Assembly (NCBI GenBank): GCA_011364975.1
Contig: RDOE01000033.1
Coordinates: forward strand, 1-36,876
Length of the DNA stretch: 36,876 nucleotides
Reading direction: 5' to 3'
From: Promethearchaeota archaeon
Lineage (GTDB): Archaea > Asgardarchaeota > Lokiarchaeia > Sigyniarchaeales > SOKP01
Numbering within the stretch: position 1 is the first letter of the stretch; the number at the start of each line of letters is the position of its first letter. The notes beneath the pieces were generated by a model, which saw only the letters and a list, made by a program, of their open reading frames with translations, did no database searches and was not told the DNA's origin. Positions 20,581 through 29,919 of the stretch are shown here, one piece after another. Both the position numbers and the translations under genes were made by a program.

Positions 20581-22155
20581 ATGACGGAAAACAAGGACGA
20601 AATAATTAAATCGCGAATGTATGCTCGTCAACAGTTAATTGAGGGGTTTGATCAAGAGACTATTAGTAATGGATGTATAATGATTGTCGGAGTTGGAGCA
20701 TTGGGATGTGAAATTGCTAAAGATTTTGCGTTAATGGGAATTGGAAAATTAATTTTAGTTGATTTAGATACAATTGAAACCTCTAATTTATCGCGACAGA
20801 TGTTATTTAAGCCGGGAGACGAGGGGCGCCCTAAAGCAGAAGTTGCTGCTGAACGATTAAAAGAAATGAATCCGTTTTTAAAAACAGATTTTTATTTCGA
20901 AAAAGTCCAAAAATTACCCATGTCTGTGTTTGAAGAAGTAGACGTAGTAATTGCTGCATTAGACAATTTCAATGCAAGGCTTGATTTGAATAAAATCTGC
21001 TTGCGCATAAAAAAACCCATGGTGGAGGGAGGAACGGTTGGTTTTGAGGGTCACGTACAGATTGTAATTCCTGAAGGATCAGAGATTCAATATAAAAACC
21101 GAGATAATGAAATAGAGAAAATAGTTGAACAAAGAATGTGGGAACTGGAAAATCCAGAGTATCTAGCGGCTCTAAGTGTAATAGAGCATTTAGAACAAGA
21201 AATCGAAAAGATTGTACAAAATAAGATTGAACCATTTAAAATACTTATAAGAAAGCAGGTAGAGGCAGAATTTGATAAAAGTTATGCTAATAAAGTCTTA
21301 GATGTGACTCCTTGTTACCGTTGTTTGGTACCAATACCACCTGCTGATGATAAATTAGTAGCTGCTTGTACTTTGAAGGGATTGCCACGAAACAGAAATC
21401 ATTGCGTAATAAAAGCAGAAGTTGATTTTGAAAAGCAATATGGATTTAAACCTGATCTAAACGTAGATGAAGATGTACTTAAATTAAAAGACTTAGCTCA
21501 AAATGAATTGAATAAATTACGGGAGCGAGTATTTAATGAAAACGTTCCCCCTGAGAAGTTAGAAACTCTAACTGGTGAAGAAATTCAAGAGTGGAAAAAC
21601 AATATTCAAGAAACTTTTGGAGCAGATTATAAATTTGAAGAAATGGAAAATATATTAGGTAATAAAATTGCCGCGATTCAATCTATAAGTTCTGTTATTG
21701 CAAGTATTCAATCTCAAGAAGCTTTAAAATTATTATTTAGAAAAAGAGGTCGAGATATAGGACCTCCAATGAATCCGCCCTACGTTAATTATAATGGAGT
21801 ATTTGGACAATTTGATCATTTGGAAATAGTAAAAAGAGATGATTGTTTAGCTTGCGGTAATATTGAAGGTGAAGAAAATGTTCAAATTGTCGTCCCTTTT
21901 GATGCAGACATCAATTATATCTTTAAAGCTTTAAGAATAATTGGATACTTGCTTGATCCCATCTTATGGATGATTACAAACCCCTCGACTAAAGAAATTT
22001 ATTGGAATCCTTATATCCCCTCAATGAAGGATCCTACACTCAAATTAACGTCTCTTAAGATTAACAATAATGATATTATTACCTTAACTCCTCTCGGTAA
22101 AGCGAAAGTAGAATCAGAGATCAAAAAATATAATGTAATTATAACGTACATGTAA
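20581..22155 (+). CDS. Ubiquitin-activating E1-like enzyme (ThiF/MoeB adenylation domain, catalytic Cys, C-terminal putative UFD)
   Basis: GVGALGCE, DLDTIETSNLSRQ, ALDNFNAR, CYRC and CLAC Zn motifs, ACTLKGLPRNRNHC resembling the UBA3/UBA2 catalytic-Cys segment. Confidence 0.9.
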   Translation: MTENKDEIIKSRMYARQQLIEGFDQETISNGCIMIVGVGALGCEIAKDFALMGIGKLILVDLDTIETSNLSRQMLFKPGDEGRPKAEVAAERLKEMNPFLKTDFYFEKVQKLPMSVFEEVDVVIAALDNFNARLDLNKICLRIKKPMVEGGTVGFEGHVQIVIPEGSEIQYKNRDNEIEKIVEQRMWELENPEYLAALSVIEHLEQEIEKIVQNKIEPFKILIRKQVEAEFDKSYANKVLDVTPCYRCLVPIPPADDKLVAACTLKGLPRNRNHCVIKAEVDFEKQYGFKPDLNVDEDVLKLKDLAQNELNKLRERVFNENVPPEKLETLTGEEIQEWKNNIQETFGADYKFEEMENILGNKIAAIQSISSVIASIQSQEALKLLFRKRGRDIGPPMNPPYVNYNGVFGQFDHLEIVKRDDCLACGNIEGEENVQIVVPFDADINYIFKALRIIGYLLDPILWMITNPSTKEIYWNPYIPSMKDPTLKLTSLKINNNDIITLTPLGKAKVESEIKKYNVIITYM

Positions 22156-22218
22156 TTTACTTAAATAATTTTTTTTAGGATTTTTTCTTGTTAATAATAA
22201 TATCGAAAAGATTGTTCT

Positions 22219-23049
22219 ATGATAAAATTAATTGCAAGGAAAGATTTAGATTTCGCTCATAAGTTAACTGAAGTTGAAGAATGGGGAACTTCTAAAGAAG
22301 AATTAGAGGACCTTTTTTTATTTAACCCTAAGGGTTTTTACGTTTCTGAATCTAGCGGAATTCTTAATGGAATGATATCCACTGCTTTTTATGGAAAATT
22401 CGGAGTTGTAGGTAATTTAATCGTCTCTAAAAGTTTTAGAGGTCAAGGAATTGGGAAAGGGTTAATGGAGTATGTGATCCAATATTTAAAATCTAAAGGT
22501 TGTAAGACTATTTTACTTGATGCTGTGCCTCAGATAATTCCGTTATATAAACAGCTAGGTTTTCGACCAGTTTGTCGTTCTTTACGATTAGAAGGAGAAT
22601 TAAAGTCTAAATTAGTTGAAAATGTACGCTTAATGACACCGAAAGATATAACTAAAGTTATCCAATTGGATAAAAAGCAATTTAAAGGCAATAGAGCATT
22701 TCTTTTAAAAAGAAGATTTTCACTTCATCCAAACTTATGCCATGTTTTAGTTCGAAAGGGAAAAATAAATGGGTTTATAATGGGTACCCCCAAAGAGAAT
22801 AAAATCTTTATTGGCCCATGGATTATCCATCCTATAGAATTTGAACCTCGGTTATTGCTTCAGAGTTTGGTAAATAATGTAAATATTAGAAAATTTCAAA
22901 TCGGTATCCTTGAAAATAATAATAGGGCTGTGCAATTAGCTCAAGATTTCGGCTTTACTGAATATTTTTATTCAATCAGAATGATATATGGTAAATCATT
23001 TAATCATTCCGAAGGATTATTTGCTATAGCAGGCCCTGATCGAGGTTAA
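22219..23049 (+). CDS. GNAT acetyltransferase (tandem GNAT-like domains)
   Basis: FRGQGIGKGLM acetyl-CoA motif, LYKQLGF; second degenerate domain ending GPDRG. Confidence 0.87.
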   Translation: MIKLIARKDLDFAHKLTEVEEWGTSKEELEDLFLFNPKGFYVSESSGILNGMISTAFYGKFGVVGNLIVSKSFRGQGIGKGLMEYVIQYLKSKGCKTILLDAVPQIIPLYKQLGFRPVCRSLRLEGELKSKLVENVRLMTPKDITKVIQLDKKQFKGNRAFLLKRRFSLHPNLCHVLVRKGKINGFIMGTPKENKIFIGPWIIHPIEFEPRLLLQSLVNNVNIRKFQIGILENNNRAVQLAQDFGFTEYFYSIRMIYGKSFNHSEGLFAIAGPDRG

Positions 23050-23078
23050 CTTACTTAGAACTTATATGTAAAATATTT

Positions 23079-23675
23079 TTACCTTCTTTTGTTAACTAAT
23101 TTTATAAGTTCCTCAATGTAGAAGGCATCGATACCAGCATTTTTACCTGCTTGGATATCAGTATCAGAATCTCCCAAAAAGATTACTTCTTCTTTGTTAA
23201 CCTTAAAATAATTTTGAATTATAAGCAATCCCTCTGGTTCTGGTTTCCATTTCCTTACATCCTCACGACCAATAATAAGGTGAATCTTGTCTCTAATTCC
23301 TGCAATAGCTAGTGATTTTAGGATCGTTTTTCGGGTGTTCAGAGATAAAATTGCTAATTTTGTATCGTCAGATACACCAAACAATTCTTTTTGTTCAATA
23401 AAAAAGACAGTCTCTAAAATTGGAACAGTATCTTCAATATTTTCTAATTCGTATTGGCGAATTAAGTCAAAAAAAATATCAAGCTCCTCCCAATCTTCCT
23501 TTTCTACAATTTTACTTAAACAAGAGGACATGGATTTAAATTCACATTTTTCTCCATATACTTCGAAAAACCTGTCTCTTAAAGCATTACGTAATTTATG
23601 CCAATCTGCTCTAAGCTTCACAATTGTATAATCTAAATCGAATATTATTACTTTTTTACCTTTAAAGGAGATCAT
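23079..23675 (-). CDS. HAD-superfamily phosphatase
   Basis: IFDLDYT, LSLN, KPEPEG, GDSDTD. ATG at 23675 is preferred over TTG 23717. Confidence 0.9.
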   Translation of the reverse strand: MISFKGKKVIIFDLDYTIVKLRADWHKLRNALRDRFFEVYGEKCEFKSMSSCLSKIVEKEDWEELDIFFDLIRQYELENIEDTVPILETVFFIEQKELFGVSDDTKLAILSLNTRKTILKSLAIAGIRDKIHLIIGREDVRKWKPEPEGLLIIQNYFKVNKEEVIFLGDSDTDIQAGKNAGIDAFYIEELIKLVNKRR

Positions 23676-23785
23676 AACATAATTAGATAAGTAATGGTAA
23701 TTATGTAAATGGTCCAACCTAATTCAATATACCCAAAATTCCTCGATTCAGAAATTCTTTTAAAGATACGAAAAATAGAATTCTT

Positions 23786-24184
23786 ATGGCAAAGAAAAAA
23801 AAGAACCCAATTCGAATTTCTAGGATGTATATTCAATTAAAAGTAGAAAATTTGGAACGGGCTAAAAAATTCTATGAAGAAGTTTTTAATTTTAATATTG
23901 CGTGGTATATGTCTCCTGAAGTAGGGTGGTGTGAATTTGATTTACCCGGAGGTACTCCTCGGTTAGGATTAAACACTATTGAACAAGGAGAACAAATAAG
24001 TCCGGATTCGAGTACTTTTACAATAGAAGTTCAAAATTTAGAAGAAACAAAGAATTATTTAGAGGATCAAGATATTAAAACCTCGGAAATTACGGACATA
24101 CCAAATATGGTATCATATTTTAATACTTCGGATTCAGAAGGAAATCGGATACAAATAGTCTCAGAGCCACGAGTAAAAGAATGA
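23786..24184 (+). CDS. VOC/glyoxalase-family protein
   Basis: VENLERAKKFYEEVF...FNTSDSEGNRIQI. Confidence 0.87.
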   Translation: MAKKKKNPIRISRMYIQLKVENLERAKKFYEEVFNFNIAWYMSPEVGWCEFDLPGGTPRLGLNTIEQGEQISPDSSTFTIEVQNLEETKNYLEDQDIKTSEITDIPNMVSYFNTSDSEGNRIQIVSEPRVKE

Positions 24185-24447
24185 TATGCTGGAAAATTTA
24201 AAAGATAAAAAATACATAATTAACTTTTTTAATCTTTTTTAATCTTGATTTATTTTTTTCTTTTTATTCGTTAGCTCGTTAGTTTAATAGTTATGAAAGC
24301 TTTGATGTTCTCTCTTAAAAAATTCAAAACATCCAATAATTCGTATTAATTTTTTATTTTTTTTTATAAATTTATAATTGACGCGAGCGTAGATAAATCA
24401 AGAAAAGGAAAAATTAAAAATAGAATATAAAAATTAATGAAGCTATT

Positions 24448-24966
24448 TTAGTCACGCGCATACTTGGCTGTCCAGCTTGCCGCCTTACTCTCAAATTTTT
24501 TAAGAGCTCTAAAATATTGTTCTCCCGCTTCATGATTTAATGGATCCCCTGGATTAAAGAAAGGAGGTTCCATATGCATCATTCCTTTCAACGCTTCGAT
24601 TATATTTGTTAATGTTTTGCTCGGAGTCCAACCACTTGCCCCAGTGGAGGCATCTACTTTTCCAACTAGATCTGGATTAATTAAATCTAGGCAGATGTTC
24701 AATTTACCAGGAGGTATAGATGAATCGATGTTTGGGTGCCACATTAAGGTAACCGCATAAGCATAGGGTGGAGCGAATGGATAATTTTCAGGAAATTTAA
24801 TCTCAAAGATAAAACGTCCCTTTGCATAAGGAGTTCCATCTTTTCCAATGATGGTTAAACGTAAATGATCAATTGAGCGTCCCCATGGTTCGATAATAAC
24901 ATTCGGGTCATCTTTATATGCTTCTATGACTTCAGTATAGTCAGTTTCTTCTCTCATTTTATTCAC
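24448..24966 (-). CDS. Ubiquitin-conjugating enzyme E2 (UBC family)
   Basis: GTPYAKGRF, FPENYPFAPP, WHPNI...ICLDLI catalytic Cys, WTP, DPLNHEAG. Start is GTG 24966 or ATG 24957. Confidence 0.93.
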   Translation of the reverse strand: MNKMREETDYTEVIEAYKDDPNVIIEPWGRSIDHLRLTIIGKDGTPYAKGRFIFEIKFPENYPFAPPYAYAVTLMWHPNIDSSIPPGKLNICLDLINPDLVGKVDASTGASGWTPSKTLTNIIEALKGMMHMEPPFFNPGDPLNHEAGEQYFRALKKFESKAASWTAKYARD

Positions 24967-25286
24967 TTCTCAGAATTCAATAGCTCAAAATATGATATTA
25001 AAATTTTTGTTAAATATCTAGTTTGAGTGTTCTTTAAAAAATATTATGTTAAAATTGATTTTAATTTTAAATAGTATAACTAAGAAAAAAAACCAAGATT
25101 GAAAAATTTTTGGTTTAACCAAAATAAAATTATTTTATACTTATACTCTGATTCATTTTACCAATTTACCTTAAGATCGAAAGGGAGTAACAAATGAACA
25201 AAAATCTATCTAATTCAATACAATTCAAAAATACGAATCATAATAATATTGTAATCTGAATTATTTCCCATCTTTTTGGGAATTTC

Positions 25287-25420
25287 CGAATTCTTTTCGC
25301 TCAATTACCTTGATCGTAGAATTGGGTTCGACATATTTATAATCAATAATTAACATATATAAAATTAGATACGTTAAATTATTAAATTTAATAAAAGAAA
25401 GCATAAACGAATATTATTCG
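25287..25420. promoter_or_regulatory. Putative Lrp-type operator sites upstream of gdhA (CGAA-N5-TTCG)
   Basis: CGAATTCTTTTCG 25287-25299, AGAATTGGGTTCG 25318-25330, CGAATATTATTCG 25408-25420. Confidence 0.5.
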
Positions 25421-25452
25421 ATTAACTTGTTATAAATAGATAGGAGGAGTCT

Positions 25453-26775
25453 ATTATTATAGAAAAAGTTGCAGTTTTAACTGAAGAAATTACGGGGCCT
25501 AAAAAGGTTAAAAAAGAATCCAAAGTAGATATAAACCCGTACGAAATGGCCAAAAGACAGATAGATATTGTAGCAAAAGAGATGGGTTTAGATGATAATA
25601 TTAAAAAATATCTTCAACGAGTTGAACGTTGCTTAATAGTTTCGATACCAATACTGATGGACAATGGTAAACTTGAAATGTTTGAAGGGTATAGAGTTCA
25701 TCATTCAACCATTCGGGGTCCTGGTAAGGGAGGAATTCGATATGCACCAAATGTTACACTTGATGAAGTTAAGGCATTAGCAACTTGGATGACACTTAAA
25801 TGTAGTCTTTTAAATTTACCTTTAGGGGGCGCTAAAGGTGGAGTTTGTGTGGATCCCACAAGGTTATCAAGGACTGAATTAGAAAAGATAACTCGGAGAT
25901 TTACTTCTGAAATTTTGAATATTATTGGTCCAGATATTGATATCCCGGCACCAGATGTCAATACGAATCCTCAAATTATGGCATGGATCATGGACACTTA
26001 CTCAATGAATAAGGGGAGATCTATTCCTGGAGTGGTTACAGGGAAACCTATAGAGATAGGGGGGTCAGTTGGGCGAGAATCAGCGACAGGAATGGGTTTA
26101 TATTACGTACTTGATGCTTTATGTAGTAGAGAAAACCTTGATCTTAAATCTCAGAAAGTTGTAGTTCAAGGATTTGGTAATGTTGGAGGAACAATCGCTA
26201 AAATACTCTTTGAAAAAGGGGTTAAAATAATAGCAATATCGGACATTAGTGGAGGATTATATAATAAAGATGGATTAGATATCAAAAGTTTGTTAGAATG
26301 GAGAGATAATAAACATCTATTAAAAGATTATGATAATGATAATTATGTTTATATCAATAATGACGAGGTATTAGAGATAAAATGTGATATTCTAATTCCA
26401 GCTGCTTTAGAGAATCAAATTCATAAAGCAAATGCAGATAATATAGAATGTAAAATAATATTAGAAGGAGCTAATGGTCCAACTACTCCAGAAGCAGATG
26501 AGATTTTACAGAATAAAGGGATTATTGTAGTTCCAGATATCTTAGCTAATGCAGGTGGAGTTTGTGTATCTTATTTTGAATATATTCAGGATATTCATAG
26601 TTATTTTTGGAAATTAGACAGAATTAATCAAGAACTTAAAAATATAATGGTAAATACCTTTGAAGAAGTTTATAATTTAGCAATAGAGAAGAATTTGACT
26701 TTAAGGATTGCTGCTTATATTATTTCTATCTCTCGATTAGAAAAAGCGATTGAATTGCGAGGAATTTTTCCTTAA
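25453..26775 (+). CDS. gdhA: Glutamate dehydrogenase (Glu/Leu/Phe/Val family)
   Basis: GPGKGGIRY, GGAKGG, DIPAPDVNT, GFGNVG, EGANGP, NAGGV. The frame is open upstream of ATG 25546 to ATT 25453 behind GGAGG and includes the conserved NPYEMA. Confidence 0.93.
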   Translation: MIIEKVAVLTEEITGPKKVKKESKVDINPYEMAKRQIDIVAKEMGLDDNIKKYLQRVERCLIVSIPILMDNGKLEMFEGYRVHHSTIRGPGKGGIRYAPNVTLDEVKALATWMTLKCSLLNLPLGGAKGGVCVDPTRLSRTELEKITRRFTSEILNIIGPDIDIPAPDVNTNPQIMAWIMDTYSMNKGRSIPGVVTGKPIEIGGSVGRESATGMGLYYVLDALCSRENLDLKSQKVVVQGFGNVGGTIAKILFEKGVKIIAISDISGGLYNKDGLDIKSLLEWRDNKHLLKDYDNDNYVYINNDEVLEIKCDILIPAALENQIHKANADNIECKIILEGANGPTTPEADEILQNKGIIVVPDILANAGGVCVSYFEYIQDIHSYFWKLDRINQELKNIMVNTFEEVYNLAIEKNLTLRIAAYIISISRLEKAIELRGIFP

Positions 26776-26880
26776 TTTTTTTATATTTTTTTCCTTTTAT
26801 ATCCAAATTGAGTGAACAGAATATTTTCCTTCTGTAATGATAAAATTATGTTTGAGTAACTCAAAACTCCATTACCTTTA

Positions 26881-27762
26881 TTATTGGATTTTAAACTTGA
26901 TTTTATGAGTCATTTTGAAAATATCAATAAAGCTTGATACATTCATTTCCTGCCGGATTCCTTCTATAGATTTTAATTTCTCATTTATAAATCTCCATAA
27001 CTCTTTTTCATCTTGAGCTATAATTTGAAGAATTATATTATATTCTCCTGCTGAAGACGCTATTAGTTGAATTTCATCAAATTCTGCTAATTTTTTAGAG
27101 ACCTGATTTATTTTCAGGGGATCAACAGAAAGACCAACTATTGCTATAGTATTATATCCTACTTTAAATGGATCTACAAATGTATCAAATTCTTGAATAA
27201 TCCCTTCATTTAACATACTCTGAACGCGATTATGGATAGTGCTGGCTGCTAAGCCAACTTTGTTACTTATTTCTTTATATGATATCTTGTAATTTTCCTG
27301 TAAAATGTTTAAAATTAATTTATCTTTTTCATCTATTCCCAATTGATATTTATCTTCGACGATTTTCGGCTTAATTTTATGACGCTCAATTGCATATAAG
27401 ATCGCTCTGGTTAAAATGGATTGATTAATTTCTCCTTTAACTAAATAATCTTGGAATCCTTTTTTGAGAGAATTTAGAGCAATTTCCTTGTCATCTAATC
27501 CCGTTAAAACAATAATTGGGATTTTAGAAGTGAGATCGATAAGATTTTCAAGTGTTGACTGTTTATCACTATCTGGAAGGGTTAAATCTAGCAAAATTAT
27601 GTTAAACTGTTTTTTCTCAAGTCGGTCTAGACCTTCAGAAAGTCGATTATAAGATTCTAAATCATATAAAAAACCTGGTGATTTTTTTAATAATTCTTCT
27701 ATAAGACGAACATCAGCTTTATTATCTTCAATTAATAAAATATTCAACTTTGAGCTTACGAT
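26881..27762 (-). CDS. Receiver domain fused to Lrp/AsnC transcription factor
   Basis: ILLIEDN, LLDLTLPD (phospho-Asp), LTG, DYLVK; then IDEKDKLILNILQEN...ISNKVGLAASTIHNRV HTH and RAM domain (AGEYNII). Start is ATC 27762 (SD-supported) or TTG 27747. Confidence 0.9.
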   Translation of the reverse strand: MVSSKLNILLIEDNKADVRLIEELLKKSPGFLYDLESYNRLSEGLDRLEKKQFNIILLDLTLPDSDKQSTLENLIDLTSKIPIIVLTGLDDKEIALNSLKKGFQDYLVKGEINQSILTRAILYAIERHKIKPKIVEDKYQLGIDEKDKLILNILQENYKISYKEISNKVGLAASTIHNRVQSMLNEGIIQEFDTFVDPFKVGYNTIAIVGLSVDPLKINQVSKKLAEFDEIQLIASSAGEYNIILQIIAQDEKELWRFINEKLKSIEGIRQEMNVSSFIDIFKMTHKIKFKIQ

Positions 27763-27820
27763 AAGTATACACCTTGAACTGATTCTTCTTCAAGATATTA
27801 AAATATAAGTATCTTTTAAC

Positions 27821-27895
27821 TGAATAATATTCGTTTTTCTATATAAATCCTATATCATTAATCCATATAGATTGTTGTTTTTAGAAATTTTTTCA
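27821..27895. promoter_or_regulatory. Putative operator sites in divergent receiver-Lrp / kinase intergenic region
   Basis: TGAATAATATTCG 27821-27833 and AGAAATTTTTTCA 27883-27895; same consensus as upstream of gdhA. Confidence 0.45.
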
Positions 27896-28159
27896 AATAT
27901 AGTCTAAACAATTTTTGTTCGATTTAAGCAATAAAAAATGAAAATTCATCTATAGATTGGAGCAATTTATTATTTTTATTCGGCAATTTCAAAATAATAG
28001 CCGATAAGATTTTAATAATTCACAACTTTCACTATGATATTTAAATATATAATTTCACTTGAATAACTAAAGGACTATTTACATATCCTTTATATTAGCA
28101 TAAATAATTTTGATATATAGAATCGATATTTTCTTAGAGATATATGAGTTAAGTGATAA

Positions 28160-29221
28160 ATGAAATTCAAATTTGAAGATGAAAGAATAAGAGTTTTTAT
28201 AATTATTATTTTAATCATTATTTCTTGTATATTAATTTATTATTTTGAAATTGTTCTTGGAACTACGCTCCTAATTGCCCTATTTTTTTATCTTCCTTCA
28301 ATTTTAGCTTGTATATGGTGGAATAAAAAAGGCATAACCGTACCTTGCTTTCTCTCCGTAATATTAATAATTTTTCATCTAATTCAAGATCCAAATATAT
28401 TCAGCCCTGTTACCATTAACAACTTATTAAGAGCCTTCTCGTTAATAATTGTCGGGACAGTAGTTGCATTATTATCAGAGCAACTTTCAAATAGAGAATA
28501 TGAGTTAAACGATATAATTGAGGATCTAAAACGTTCTAATGAAGATCTACAACAATTTGCATATGTAGCATCTCATGATCTACAAGAACCGTTAAGAGCA
28601 ATAACAAGCTTTTCTCAACTCCTAGAAGAGAAGTACCAGGATAAGATAGATAAGGATGGTAAAGAATTTCTTTATTTTATTACGGATGGTGCTAAAAAAA
28701 TGAATAATTTGATCAAAGATTTACTATTATATTCAAGAATTACTACCCATGCTCAGCCACCTACTCCAAACAACCTTGAGATCATATTAAAAGATGCCTT
28801 ATTTAATTTACATGAAGCTATAAAAGAAAGTGGTGCAACTATCACCTATGATAAATTACCAATCTTAACCGTGGACAAGACTCAATTTCTACAATTATTT
28901 CAGAATTTTGTAAGTAATGCTATAAAGTTTAGACGAGAAGAACCTCCTAAAATACATATTAGGGCAGAACTTGTTAATAATGAATGGTTATTTTCAATAA
29001 AAGATAATGGCATTGGAATTGAATCGAAATATTTTGACCGGCTTTATAACATCTTTTATCGCCTCCATACAAAAGAAGAATATCCCGGAACAGGAATAGG
29101 ATTACCAATTTGTAAAAAAATAGTTCAGCGATATGGTGGAAAAGTATGGGTGGAATCAGAACTTGGGAAGGGATCTACATTTTATTTTACAATTCCGATT
29201 AAAAAGTTAAAAACTAGCTAA
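28160..29221 (+). CDS. Membrane sensor histidine kinase (Cph1-like transmitter, about 4 N-terminal TMs)
   Basis: FAYVASHDLQEPLR H-box, NFVSNAIKF N-box, DNGIGI, GTGIGL, GKGSTF. Confidence 0.93.
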   Translation: MKFKFEDERIRVFIIIILIIISCILIYYFEIVLGTTLLIALFFYLPSILACIWWNKKGITVPCFLSVILIIFHLIQDPNIFSPVTINNLLRAFSLIIVGTVVALLSEQLSNREYELNDIIEDLKRSNEDLQQFAYVASHDLQEPLRAITSFSQLLEEKYQDKIDKDGKEFLYFITDGAKKMNNLIKDLLLYSRITTHAQPPTPNNLEIILKDALFNLHEAIKESGATITYDKLPILTVDKTQFLQLFQNFVSNAIKFRREEPPKIHIRAELVNNEWLFSIKDNGIGIESKYFDRLYNIFYRLHTKEEYPGTGIGLPICKKIVQRYGGKVWVESELGKGSTFYFTIPIKKLKTS

Positions 29222-29236
29222 AGAGTCTGATAAACA

Positions 29237-29677
29237 ATGGTTGAACAAAAGTTAAATGATTTTGAAATTTTACTGGTAGAGGATAATACCGCAGATATTC
29301 GCCTCACTCAGGAAGCAATACAGAAGAGTACAATTACTAGCCATCTAAATGTAGTAAAGGATGGAGTTGAAGCAATTAACTATTTAAAAAGAATCGGAAA
29401 ATATTCTAAAGTAAAACGTCCTGATTTGATCTTTTTAGATTTAAACTTACCTAAAAAAGGCGGATTAGAGGTTTTAAGTGAAATTAAGCAAGATACAGAT
29501 TTAAGACGAATTCCCGTAGTAATTTTAACTATTTCGGCTAATGAAGAAGATTTAATTAAAGCTTATAATTTCCATGCTAATTGTTTTATAAATAAACCAT
29601 TAGACATTAAGGAATTCTATACAATTATGGAATTTATTTGTATCTATTGGTTTAAAATTGTAAAACTTGCAAGATAA
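29237..29677 (+). CDS. Single-domain response regulator (Rcp1-like)
   Basis: LLVEDN, PDLIFLDLNLP, IPVVILT, ANCFINKP, terminal YWF; directly after the kinase. Confidence 0.93.
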   Translation: MVEQKLNDFEILLVEDNTADIRLTQEAIQKSTITSHLNVVKDGVEAINYLKRIGKYSKVKRPDLIFLDLNLPKKGGLEVLSEIKQDTDLRRIPVVILTISANEEDLIKAYNFHANCFINKPLDIKEFYTIMEFICIYWFKIVKLAR

Positions 29678-29691
29678 TAATTAAAAAAGAT

Positions 29692-29919
29692 TTAACTTTT
29701 AACTATTTCAATAAGTCTTTTAATAGTTTTTAAATATTCTTTATTTTCTGCTTTAGGTTCATTACACTTGTCAATAGGATTACAATTCCATGGTCGAGAG
29801 ACACGATCTCGTTCCCAAATTATCCCATGGCAAATTTCATTAGTTTCACAAGAATGATATATTTTTCGGCCTAATGAATACTCTATCCCACATTCTGGAC
29901 ATTTAACCATATAATTCAT
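29692..29919 (-). CDS. Small Cys-rich, putative Zn-ribbon protein
   Basis: VKCPECG...HSC...C...C...C; AAGGAG lies upstream on the - strand. Confidence 0.6.
   Translation of the reverse strand: MNYMVKCPECGIEYSLGRKIYHSCETNEICHGIIWERDRVSRPWNCNPIDKCNEPKAENKEYLKTIKRLIEIVKS

Noticed and set aside
24182-24208. TGA stop of the VOC gene as possible selenocysteine/readthrough
   Set aside because: The domain is complete before the TGA, only a few codons follow, and no SECIS-like hairpin is visible.
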